Made by a program: the position numbers and the translations under genes | Notes under the pieces: model-generated | What the model was told of the DNA's origin: nothing | The model's input: only the letters and a program-made list of their open reading frames with translations | The model's database searches: none | Source of the DNA: the human T2T-CHM13v2.0 reference genome, Homo sapiens | Length of the DNA stretch: 64,000 nucleotides | Assembly (NCBI RefSeq): GCF_009914755.1 | Contig: NC_060927.1 | Reading direction: 5' to 3' (one strand) | Shown: in pieces, positions 24,256-35,646 of the stretch | Layout of the letters: every line of letters starts with the position of its first letter | Position numbering within the stretch: the first letter of the stretch is position 1

Positions 24256-27230
24256 AAGGAGATTATTTTTAAGGCAAGTCTTCCAAGCATTAATGACCTG
24301 TTAAACAGTTTGTGTCAGGTTTTTAGCTGAGAACAGTCTCTGGGGCAGTTGACAGGTTTTATCCCTACCTAGGTGAAAGGCCTAATGAAGCCTTTTAAGA
24401 ACTTTCCATTGGCCAGTAGCCAGCAGATGAAGCTTGCCATCCTGATTGTAGTCGTCCTGAGGACTGAAAGATGTATCCCCAAGAGGTAGCCCATTCTATT
24501 TCCACAGGGGAATATTGAGGTTTTATTTATCTGATGGGACCCTCCCAGATCAGTGGGGCTTCAAGTGGGTCAGAAATTTGGGCCTCTCTCACTGCTGATT
24601 TAGCTACTTGGTCTGCCTGCCTATTTTCCTCAGCTATTTCATCCATCTCTTTTTGGTGGCCTTTACAATGTATTACTGCCACTTCCTGTGGGAGGAAAAC
24701 TGAGGATAATAGTTTATTAATTTCCTGATGGTATTTAATGGGAGACCCATTAGCCATGAGGAAGTTTGTCTCTTTCCAGATAGTGGCATGGGCATAGAGG
24801 ACTAGCAAAGCATACTTAGAATCAGTATAAATGCTGTTTTTCCTTTGCTTAATTTGAGCACCCTCGTGAGGGTAGTTAGTTCAGCTACTTTAGCACTTGT
24901 GCCCAGGGAGAGATGTGCTGTGTTAGTCCATTTTCATGCTGCTGATAAAGACATACCCGAGACTGGGAAGAAAAAGATGTTTAATTGGACTTACAGTTCC
25001 ACATGGCTGGGGAGGCCTCAGAATCATGGCAGGAGGTGAAAGGCACTAATTACATGGTGGCAGCAAGAAAAATGAGGAAAATGAGGAAAAATGAGGAAGA
25101 AAAGCAGAAACTCCTGATAAGCCCATCAGATCTTGTGAGACTTATTCACTATCATGAGAATAGCATGGGAAAGACAAGCCCCCATGATTCAGTTACCTCT
25201 CCCTGGATCCCTCCCACAACACATGGGAATTCTGGGAGATACAATTCAAGTTGAGAGTTTGGTGAGGACACAGCCAAACCATATCATATGCTTTCAACAA
25301 TATCATTCAGGGCAACTATTGCATATCTCACTTTATGGGTCCCTAGTTTAATAAAAGAACTTCCATCCATAAAGACAATCCAGTCTGGGTTCTCTAAGGG
25401 GGTTTCTTTGAGGTCCTCCCTAGCCTCATAGGTTTTTACTACTATTTATTCACAGTCATGTTCAAGATCCCTGGCTTCCCCTGGGAGGAAGGTGGCTGGA
25501 TTTAAGGAGACACAGATTGTTAACTGGACTGCAGGTCTCTCTAATAGCAGAGCTTGATACCTGATATCTGTTAACCAGAGAATCCCTGTAGAAGACAGTA
25601 GTTCTGCCACATTATACAGGGGTATAAATGGTTAAGTTACTCACCATGGTTAACTTAGTAGCCTCTGGTACAGCAAGGCTACTGCTGCAACTGCCCGGAC
25701 ACAGGCAGGCTACCCTTTGCCTACCAAATCAAGCTCCTTACTTAGGTAGCCTACAGGCTTCTGAGAAGGACTCTGGGCCTGTGTTAAAAATCCCAGTGCC
25801 CTTCTCTTTATTTCTGACATGTAAAGGTTAAACATTTTCTCTATGGGGAGACTAAAGGCCTGTGTTAGAACTTCCAGTGCTACTCCCTTTCTTTCTGACA
25901 CATAAAGATTAAACGTTTTCTCTAAGGGGAGACTAAAGGCTGGTGCTTTAAGCAAGGCTTGTTTTAGTTGGCCAAAGACTTTTCTAGCCTCTGGTTTCCA
26001 AATTAGAGAGTAAATTTTAGCTGTCCTAGTCTCCTTTATTGGGTTATATAAGGGATGAGCTATTTCACCATACTAAGGAATCCATAGTATGCAGAATGCT
26101 ATAATGCCTAAGAATCCCCTCAGTTGCCTTGAGGGTTTTGGGGAGGGAAAAGGAAGAGATGGGCTTAATCTTTTCTTTGCCCATCACCCTGGTCCCCTCT
26201 GACAAGACCAGGCCCAGGTACTTCACTGAAGTCTGATGAAGCTTAGCTTTATATTTTGAAACCTTATATCCTCTGTTAGCCAGAAAATTAAGAACCTTCT
26301 GCCCTCTTGAGAGATTTCCTTAGTTGGGGCACACAGGAAAATGTCATCTACATACTATAATACAATAACACAAGGATAAAGGAACCTGGAGAGGTCTCTT
26401 GACAATGCCTGCCTAAAGAAGTGGGGTCTGTTTTGGAATCCCTGAGTTAACACTGTCCAGTTTAACTGGGTGGTTTTGTTAGAGGGACCCTCAAATGCAA
26501 ACAAATACTGGGAGTTATGGTGTAATGATATGGATAAGGAGGCATCTTTTAAGTCCAGGACTGTGAACCATTTGGTTACCTCTGGTATTTGAGCTAGCAG
26601 AGTATACGGATTTAGAAACACCAGGTGTATTGGAACCACAGCCTCATTAACAAGGTGGAGGTCCTGAACTAGGCTCCATTTCCTTTTGGGTTTTTGTACC
26701 CCCCAATATTGGGGTATTACAAGGACTGTTGCAGGGTTTAAGGAGGCCCTGCATCTTCAAGTTATCAATCAATGATGGCTTCTAGTCCTTTCTTAACCTC
26801 TGATTTCAGGGGATATTGTTTCTGGTTAGAAAAGGATATGGGATCCTTAAGGTGGATCCAGATCATTGTGGTGGTTGTGGCTTAGTCAATCTTCTCTTCC
26901 CTTGAATTGCCCATACTTCCGGGTTAATATAGGTCTCCACTAGGGGAAGACAAAGAGTTTGCCCTTGGACTATCAGGATGGTGGTCCCCATATGGGCCAG
27001 AATATCCCTGCTCAACAGAGGAGTTGGGCTTTCAGGAATAATTAGAAATGAATGGATGAACAAAAGGTCTCCCCACCTACAACTAATGCGTTGGGGAAAA
27101 TATCAGGTTAAAAGCCTTCCTGAGATTCCCCTCACAGTTGTGCTAAGGGAGGAGAGGGGGCCTGGATGGAGAGGACAACCAAGAGACAAGCCCCAGTGTC
27201 CAAAAGAAGGTTCACTTTCCTCTCTTTGAT
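24256..27230 (-). pseudogene. pol: ERV pro-pol remnant (protease, RT, tether, RNase H, start of integrase)
   Basis: 'HSFLIIPESPTPLLSRDIL', 'WFTVLDLKDA', 'WTVLTQGF', YVDD near 26343-26354, 'PVGYLSKELD', 'VAVIHCKGHQK'; many stops and frameshifts. Confidence 0.9.
24919..25286 (-). mobile_element. THE1C-like solo LTR inserted in ERV pol
   Basis: 'tgtgttagtccattttcatgctgctgataaagacatacccgagactggg' to 'cagccaaaccatatca'; TSD tgtgc/tatgc. Confidence 0.9.
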
Positions 27231-27299
27231 TTCCAGAATTACTCAGGCCTTCTGGATGGTAGTGGTGGTCTGGACCACCAGAGCTGGGGAGAGGAGCCC

Positions 27300-28770
27300 C
27301 AGGATCCAACAGTTCTGCTGCTGGACCATTTGGGAGATTTGTTCTGGAGCCAGTTACCAGCATTCTGAGGGACAGTCTATCCTCCAGTGATCCCCACTGT
27401 GGATTAAACAGGGTCAAGGTTGCTTCCTCCTGCTGCCTGGGAAATACTTAAAATGCCCTGGCTACCCTCATCTGTAGCAATTAGCAGGTGCACCTTGGGA
27501 ATTCTGGGGTTTGTGGGCTTGCCTAGTGGCCATCAAAGCCTCTGTCTCTTTCCTGTGCATCCTCTCTCTCTCCTGGGCCTCCCTATCTCTATTATAAAAG
27601 ATCTAGGTGGCCACTTTCAGAAGGTTCTCTAAAGTAATATCTGGTCCCAGGGCCTGTTTCTGCAGCTCCCTCCTGATATCAGGGCTGCCTAAGTAATAAA
27701 TTTATCCTTTAGGGTCAGTTGTCCCTTGACTGAATCGGGAAATAGAGAGGCATGCTTTACCAAGGCCTGGAAGATAGTGGGATTCTCATCTAATCCCTGG
27801 TCTATAATGGATAGCTTGGTATATTTGAGAGGCTTGGTCATAGTCCTGCATAGGCCTTCTATTATGCACTCCTGAAAGTGTCTCCCTTTCCATTCTCTCA
27901 TCTTGTCACTGGGATCCCATCCAGGGTTATGCATTGGCACTGATTCTGCTCCAGGTGGATACAGTTCAGTCCTTTCCTTGATGCTATATGTGATGCAAAG
28001 CTCACCCCCAAATCTCTGTGCTTTCAGAGCAGCCTGCTTCTCAGAGTTCCCCAGGGTCTGATTCAAAAGTAACATAATGTTTTTCCCAGATAGTTCAAAT
28101 ACTTGGGTTAAATTCTGGAAAGCCTCTATCTATCTGACAGGGTCATCTGAAAACTTGCCAAGATCTCCCTTAATTTCACTTAAGTTCTGTAGAGAGAAGT
28201 GAACCTGGACCTTACTGGGGCCAAATTCACCAGGCATCTTTTGGAGGGCAAGAGTGAGACTGGGGCTTGTCTAGAATGAGGATTTCTAGGAGAGGGCAAG
28301 CATGAGAATGAAGCTGGATAGGAAGGATGGAGTGGACACAGAGGAACAGGGCTGGAGGGAGCTGGCTCTCCTGCTGGGTGTGCCTCTGGGATTAGTTTCT
28401 TTAGTTTCCTGGGATTTTCCCTTGCAACCTCTCCTGAAATGGCAAACAGGAGGGCTGGATCAATCCTACACTATTGGCAAAGGTCTGGATTATCCTTCAA
28501 GGTAAAGAAAGTCAGCACATATGGGGCCTCAGACCACTTGTCCTCATGTTTACAGAAAAGGTCCAACTGCAGGATGGTATTGAAATGAAAGGTTCTTTCC
28601 TGAGGCCGAGACAGTCCTTCCTGTAAATCATAATTTGGTCAAGCCTTGGTGCAGAGGTCTATGAGGTGTTTTTCCTCCAGAGTGTGAAGGTCAAAGCAGT
28701 CCCAGTGATTCACAATACACTCCAGAGGATCATAAGCTGCGGGTGGTGAAGATAGCTGGTTGGCCATTCT
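27300..28770 (-). pseudogene. gag: ERV gag remnant (ERV9/HERV-W-like)
   Basis: 'MANQLSSPPAAYDPLECIVNHWDCFD', 'IDQGLDENPTIF' (major homology region), 'GQLTLKDKFIT', degenerate zinc knuckle near 27370-27410. Confidence 0.85.
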
Positions 28771-30086
28771 GAAAGGGAAATAGGCGTCCCTCATTCCCCT
28801 TCCTTCTTTCAGTGATAACTCATGGTATGATGAAGATATAGTTGGCATTCCCCTTTCTTTTTTATCTTTTTATCCCTAAGTGCTGTTGACCTTGGCAGGT
28901 GCCATCTATGAGTGCCAATGCGGCTTGCACCCATGAAGCAGGGAGGGCCTAGAGAGTAGGAATTATCCACACTAACCTATGCCTCCATACACCCTACTGT
29001 TGACAACTTTTCAGTTCCCTGGGCCTCATCTATGCCACGGAGCATGGCATCCTTCCATGAAACGGAGATTTAATTGGCAGGAATTGGTCCTGTACATTTA
29101 CACTATGCCTATTGATTGTCTGGTTTTGGATCCCTTATATCTGTTTTTTGTTTGTTTGTTTTTGTTGTTGTTGTTTTATGGTTTTTTTTTTCCCTAGAGC
29201 TTCAACTCAAAGTTTAGAATTGAGTTTGGGACAACATGTTGTCCCAGGGGTGCACAGATTCATTTAGATTAAGTCCCAGATGGGCCTTGCCAAGGGAAGA
29301 ATCTATTGCTCTGTTGCTCTGTGGAAATAGGTTTCTTTAATCACTGTATCCCTCCCCAACTTCAAACCCAGGGGAGTAAAAGCTCTGTGAGCATGTGGTG
29401 GGAGGGAGCAGTGAGCAGGAGACACTGGTCAACTGGCTGCATCCGGGGCCCTGGCCTCCGTGATTGCCCTGGGGCTCAGGCAGTGTGTGCAGCTTACTCC
29501 TGCCCCACTTGGCCATTGGGTGCAGTGCATATGTGTGGCGAACATACCCAAAGGCCCTAGAAAGAGGGGGAGGGGGCAGAGAGGGGAACCGCTCTGTGCC
29601 TGCCCATCTCATGCACATGCCTGCAGTCACTGGGGTGAGGTTCAGGGACACACTTCTAGGAACAAATGGAAATCACATTGTTCTGAATTGCACCACTGAT
29701 GGCTGGGCCAGACGTACATTCTGCCTAGTATCATTGCCTCAGTCTGCAGCAAAAACTTTATCATTATACAAGAAGAGATGGGAGCCATTTTGAACCATGA
29801 AAAAAGAAAGATACCATAGGAAAATCTAGGGTTTTGCCCAACGCCTTGACAGGCAGTCAGGGACCAACCAGGTTCAGCCTTGGGGCCTTCTGGCAACACC
29901 AAGGAGTGGTGTGGACCAGATGCCATCAGTTGTCCCAGGACTTTTTCCTGGTCCCACATGATGGATAATCCTCTGTGAAGGGAAACAGAGTCAACTTTCC
30001 TTTCAGCCAAAAGAAAGAGGGATATGGTAGGGTGTTGGAAAAGAGAAGATCTGACAGTTCCACATTTTAACTCACCCTTCTGATGT

Positions 30087-30104
30087 AACCTGGAGGAGCC
30101 CCCA
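30087..30104 (-). other. tRNA-Pro primer binding site
   Basis: Minus strand TGGGGGCTCCTCCAGGTT versus canonical PBS-Pro TGGGGGCTCGTCCGGGAT, 2 nt after the 5' LTR. Confidence 0.85.
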
Positions 30105-30106
30105 GA

Positions 30107-30865
30107 TGAGATGAGAGTGTTCCCTTAACGCTTTCATGGGACATGTGAAGGGGTGGCTCACTTACTCAGACTGCAACTCTCAAACCCCTTGCAGGAGGGA
30201 GAGCATGCAGGTGAGTGGGTGCAGAGGCTGGGATGACTGCTTCTGGGCACCGGCAGGAGTAGAACTACACAAGGCCCCATGGCAGCCTCTAGGGGTTGCA
30301 CATGACCCCCAGAGCTCCAGAGGCCGTATGTTACAGTGGGATCATTTAGCTTTACTGTCCTGGATTGCTTAAGTGTTAAACAGCTCAGTGGAGGTCAGGT
30401 TCCAGGAGGAATGAGGCCATGCCCACAAATTGGAGGTTGGTGAATGCGGAGGATTTTATTAAGCAGTGAAAATGGCTCTCAGAGAGATGGGGAGCTGGAA
30501 AGGGGATGGAGTGGAAAGGTGGTCTTCCCCTGGAGTTTGGCCATCTCCGGCTGAACTCCTCTCTGACTGTAGTCTCCCATGTCCAGCTGCTTCTCCTCTC
30601 AACATTCATACACTTCTTCACTTCTCACCTTCTCTGTTGCACTGCTCTGCTGCTCTGACGCTCTGCCTGGGGAAACTGGGGATTTTAATGGGTACGGGAG
30701 TGGGGACAAGGTGGGCCAGGGTGGTTTTGGAAAGGGCAACATTCAGGCAGGAAAATAGGAATGTATGTTCTCACTTCCAGCCGTGGGTCCAGGCTTGAGG
30801 GTGGAGCCCTCTCCAGAGACCCTGACCTTTTCTAACTAGTATTTCTTTGCCTCCTGTCTATATCA
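30107..30865 (-). mobile_element. 5' LTR of the provirus
   Basis: Homologous to 22343-23157 (about 12 mismatches in the first 85 aligned bases) and adjacent to the PBS. Confidence 0.85.
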
Positions 30866-31369
30866 TTCTTGTGATGCAAACTAACTTTTACAAATTTACA
30901 AAATAGACGATTAGTTCAAACATAGCAGACATATTCTGTCTCTTATATGTTGTTTGAATTAATCACCCCATATGAATCTATAATGGTACCACTCTAGCTA
31001 CCACTCTTTTTCTCTTCTTACATTCAAAGTCAGAATTCCTAAAAGAGTAATCCCTAATCACTGCATCCACTTCTTTATATATTTTTCATTGATTCTCTAA
31101 CCTATTATAGCCTGATTTCAGCTTCTTTCTCCAAAAGCAGTAAATGTCTATTAATTACATTGATGATCATTTATTTAACACTCCTGATCACATAACCCTA
31201 AAAATCTATAAATTACCGCCCTCTGTAATGGATATTGTGCTGTATGCCTCCAAATTTATTTCACCCACATCTCCATTAAATAGAACTTGTTTGGTTGGAG
31301 AAATGATTCATGCTCCAGATATAGTCCCTATTAAATCTGAGACAACCAAGGAATCACCCCCAGTAATAC

Positions 31370-32012
31370 TGTGGCATAATAAGAACATATATTTGTTCTA
31401 AGCTCATTTCTGGCACACAGCTCTTAAAACCTTTGGAATCTCCAATATGATGTGTATTTTTGCATACTAATAAGATAACTGATGGCTGGGAGCCCCTGGA
31501 TATCCTCAGGATAGAGCTTAGCTGCCAAGGGAACCAAGCTTATGATTAGAGGATTGGACTTTCAGCTCTGGCCCCTTACCTTTGGGGAGAATAGGCTGAA
31601 GGTTGAGTTGATCACAAATGGCCAATAATTTAATCAATCATGCCTACATAATGAAGCTTCCACAACAAACCAAAAGAACAAGGTTTGGACAGCTTTTGGG
31701 TTAGCGAAGACATTGACAGGGCACATGTGAAGAAGGTGTGGAAGCTCCAAAGTCCTTCCTCATATCTAGCCCTATGTATCTTTTCATCTGGCTGTTCTGT
31801 TGTATCATTTAAAATATCCTTTGCAATAAGTTGGCATTACTAAGTAAAGTGTTCTCTTGAGTTCTGTGAACTGAACTGCTCTAACAAATTATTGAACCTT
31901 GGGAATGGGGTCATGGGAACCTCAGGTTTGTAGCTAAGTAAGACAAAAGTTGTGGGTAGCCCTGAAACCTACTACTTGTGATTGACATTCAAAGTGGGAT
32001 TCAGTCTTGTGA
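31370..32012 (+). mobile_element. MER21-family LTR, 3'-truncated
   Basis: 'tggcacacagctcttaaaacctttggaatctcc', 'tgattagaggattggactttcagc', 'taatttaatcaatcatgcctacataatgaagc'. Confidence 0.75.
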
Positions 32013-32809
32013 GAGAAATACACAGATATCAGATAGAACTGTGCTTATATATTGCGTGTTGTGCACATTTATACAGATACATAAAAAACAGATAAAACTG
32101 ATCACAACAGTTTTACCTATAGATGAGACTGAGAATTGAGAGAACTTTGATGTTATATATCGTTGTGCTGTTTAAATTTTTATTACAAACATATATTGAT
32201 TTTATAATTTATAAAAGATAAAGCTTTAGGCAAAAAAAAAAAAGATATCAGATCCACCCATTCTAAAACGGAAAGACTCAATACTCAGTGATAACTTTTG
32301 CCATAACTTTATCTAGACCTCATCAATGCTAGCTCAAAGATACATTAATCAATATTGATCTCATTATTTTGCATTCTGAGCTATCATTATGGACTTGGTA
32401 TTTTGTAGTTTAAAATAAGACTTTAGTTCTGAAATTTTGCCTATGTCTTAATTTCAATTAAAGTTAATTAATGAATAAAAATATATACATTTCATAGGCT
32501 AAAAAACACTCAGAAAAGAATTATGGTGTTGTACAGTAATTCAGAAAATATATATAATTTTATATTTACCTGAATAAGTATTGTGAAAATTAAACTGTCA
32601 ATATTACACATTGTCCAATAAATGGAGTGGCATAATGTTCCAATTCTACCTGTTATTTTTATTTTTAAATTAAATGATGTAAATTAAATTTTCAGATACA
32701 GTTTTCTTTAAATTCTCAATTTATTTATGTAAAACTATCTTGGATGAAAGAGTCCCTGTGGAAACTTACATAAATGATCGTATCTTTAGGTTGAAAGCAA
32801 TATAAGGGA

Positions 32810-33206
32810 TGATATAGTTTAGGTATTAATCCCCTCGAAATCTGATGTTGAATCATATCTCCAGTGCCTGACGTGGGGCCAACCTACTGGAAGGTGCTGG
32901 GTAATGGGGGAAGATTCCTCATGAATGGCTTGGTACTGCCCCACAGCTCTCTTAGTTCATGATAGAACTGATATTGTTAAAAATGGCCTGGCTTCTTCTT
33001 CCCTCTCTCTTGCTCTCTTTCTCTCTCACTGGCTCTCCACAGCTTTTTGCTGTGAGTAAAAGCTTTTTGAAGCCCTCACCAGAAGCAGATGCTAGAGTCA
33101 TACTTCTTGTACAGCCTGCAGAACTATAAGCCAAATAAACCTCTTTTCTTTATAAATTACCTTGTCTCAGGAATTCCTTTATCGAAATACAGAACAGACT
33201 AATACA
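32810..33206 (+). mobile_element. MSTB-like solo LTR
   Basis: 'tgatatagtttagg...ccctcaccagaagcagatgc...cagcctgcagaactataagccaaataaacctc...cagactaataca'; TSD aggga/agggg. Confidence 0.85.
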
Positions 33207-34029
33207 AGGGGTAAATTACAACTTTTCAATTTTATGAAATTTTGAGATTATAATTCAAATCATATTAATATTGCAGGTAAAGTTACTACATAGCCCATAG
33301 ATGATCAGCAGTAATTTAATACAAAAATATAAAATTGTATTTAGTGACAATGGCCTATATTTCAGCATGAGAATAATTAAAGGAATTGAATAATGAACTT
33401 GGGATTTGGGAATACATGGACCAGGGCTGAAGTTCTAAGCTTTATCAGCTAGAAATTTCTGAGCCCATTTTTCCTCATGAGAAAGTACTTTATAGCTTGA
33501 TATGTCATTGAAGGTGTTTAGTTATGTAATAGATGCTCAGTGCACAATACATGTAGTACTTATTCAGTAATTAAAGTCATGGTAGTAACAGTTTTAAAAA
33601 TAATAAACATATGAAAAATGAAAATTTGGCTTACAGCTTCATGAAAAATGAGTTCTGCTTCATTCCTCCTTTTTAGCAAGATGCTTTCATCTCTTTGATA
33701 AATTTCTGGTGTTTTTACTAAGGGTATACCATTATACTTAATTGGTTTTACAAGTACTAAATAATGCCTATTAAGACATCATTTTGTTGATGGGGTAAGT
33801 TGAAATTTTAATGTGGCCTTAATCACCTTCTTCTTAGAAAGTCTTCCCAAATCCTTTAGCCTTGTTGCGGTGACACTAGATAATTAGTAGGAAAGAAGAT
33901 GGGGAGGTGTATATCGATATCAATTAACCCTGGCTTTTGGTGAATTTAGTAGTTCCATAGAAAATCTAGAAAACAAGAATAACCAATTTAAAGAGCAAAA
34001 TCTTTCCAAATTCCAGGGTATTTTAAATT

Positions 34030-34630
34030 GAATTATTAATTCATCTTATAAATAGTTACTGAGACTTATGTTTTCTTCTTAGAATTTCTGTTTAATGGGA
34101 AAGTAAAGTGTTACCTAAATAAATATAACTACAAATTTTTATAAATGCTAGAAAACAAATCTTGAAGTTCTCTGTGAGAGTTAAATGGGTGAATTCATAC
34201 TTAGAGACAGAGTTCAGAAAAAGGCTTTCCAGAGTAACTTCTATTTAAGCTGAGATCTGAAGGGAGATTAGCCAGTAGAAGGGTATGGAGAGCATTCCAG
34301 ATAAAGAAAATAAGCATGCAAAGTCCCTGCTGTGGGAAAGATTTTGGCTCTGGATAAATTTTGGGAAGACTAGCAAGTTAGGAGCGTGGCAAGAAAAGAG
34401 GCTGAAGATAGTGGCACAGTAAAGGACATGCAAGGATGGTAAATAGGGCATTCAGTAAAATGGAAAGCCGTTGGAGAATTTTAAGTAGAAGGAGTAATAG
34501 TATCTAATGATTTAAATTTGAAATAAATACTCTAGCTGCTCTGTGGAAAAATGGTAATAAAATGGCAAGAGTAGAGGCAGGAAACCGTTTTGGAGGCTGT
34601 AGCCATAATCTAAGCAAAAGATGACTGAGT
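34030..34630 (-). mobile_element. L2 fragment
   Basis: 'taagctgagatctgaaggg', 'ggaaagccgttggagaattttaag', 'gtagaggcaggaaaccgttttggaggctgtag'. Confidence 0.6.
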
Positions 34631-34837
34631 TTTTTTTCTTTTCAAGAGTTAATACGTCTTTACATGAATGAATGCTCTTTTTTGGCCCACAGCACCAGAG
34701 TAAATGCAAAACTAATTAGACCTTGGACGGGCTTCTGAAAACCTCCTCCTCCTCCTCCGGCTTCTCTAGCTGTGTCTTGAGCAGTGAAGAATTTAAGGAT
34801 GTTCTTCTGTATCCCTATCTTTAGTTCAAAGAACTTT

Positions 34838-35145
<308 letters not shown>

Positions 35146-35612
35146 AGAACTTTGCTTTTTAGAGTGGGAATAAGGCAAAAAGGAAAACAAAACAAAACAA
35201 ACAAACAAACAAAAAACCTGCATCTTGAGCCACATTCACAGATAGAGACATATATCTCTGTGAATGTGTTCTAATGAAAAGTCATTGCTTTTTTATATTG
35301 TGATCTCAAGTCGCTCATTTCAGTTATACTTAAAATGCAAGACGTCTCATCCTGTTGTCTTTTACCTCTATTGATATATATTTTTAGAAGACCTAGGCTC
35401 TAGTTTTGGTTCTTTCCCTGAATCATTATTCTAAATCATATCACAAAATCTTTTGGGGTTTTCACTTTAGTTAGTAATGTGAAATATAGATTTTAGTATT
35501 GTTTATTATTTGTGTGACACTGGAATTGCCATTTAAGTCCTCTAAGGCATCCCCTCCCTCATTTGTGATAGGAAGATAATATCTACCTTTGAAGATTCTT
35601 CTGAGGAACATC

Positions 35613-35613
35613 A

Positions 35614-35646
<33 letters not shown>
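35613..35646. repeat. (CA)n microsatellite
   Basis: Directly visible. Confidence 0.95.

Larger units (their letters stand above)
22343..30865 (-). mobile_element. Class-I ERV provirus (HUERS-P/ERV9-W supergroup) with LTR1-family (LTR1D-like) LTRs
   Basis: Two homologous LTRs (22343-23157 and 30107-30865), PBS-Pro, polypurine tract at 23158-23168, gag-pro-pol remnants and an env tail remnant, all on the minus strand. Confidence 0.9.
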
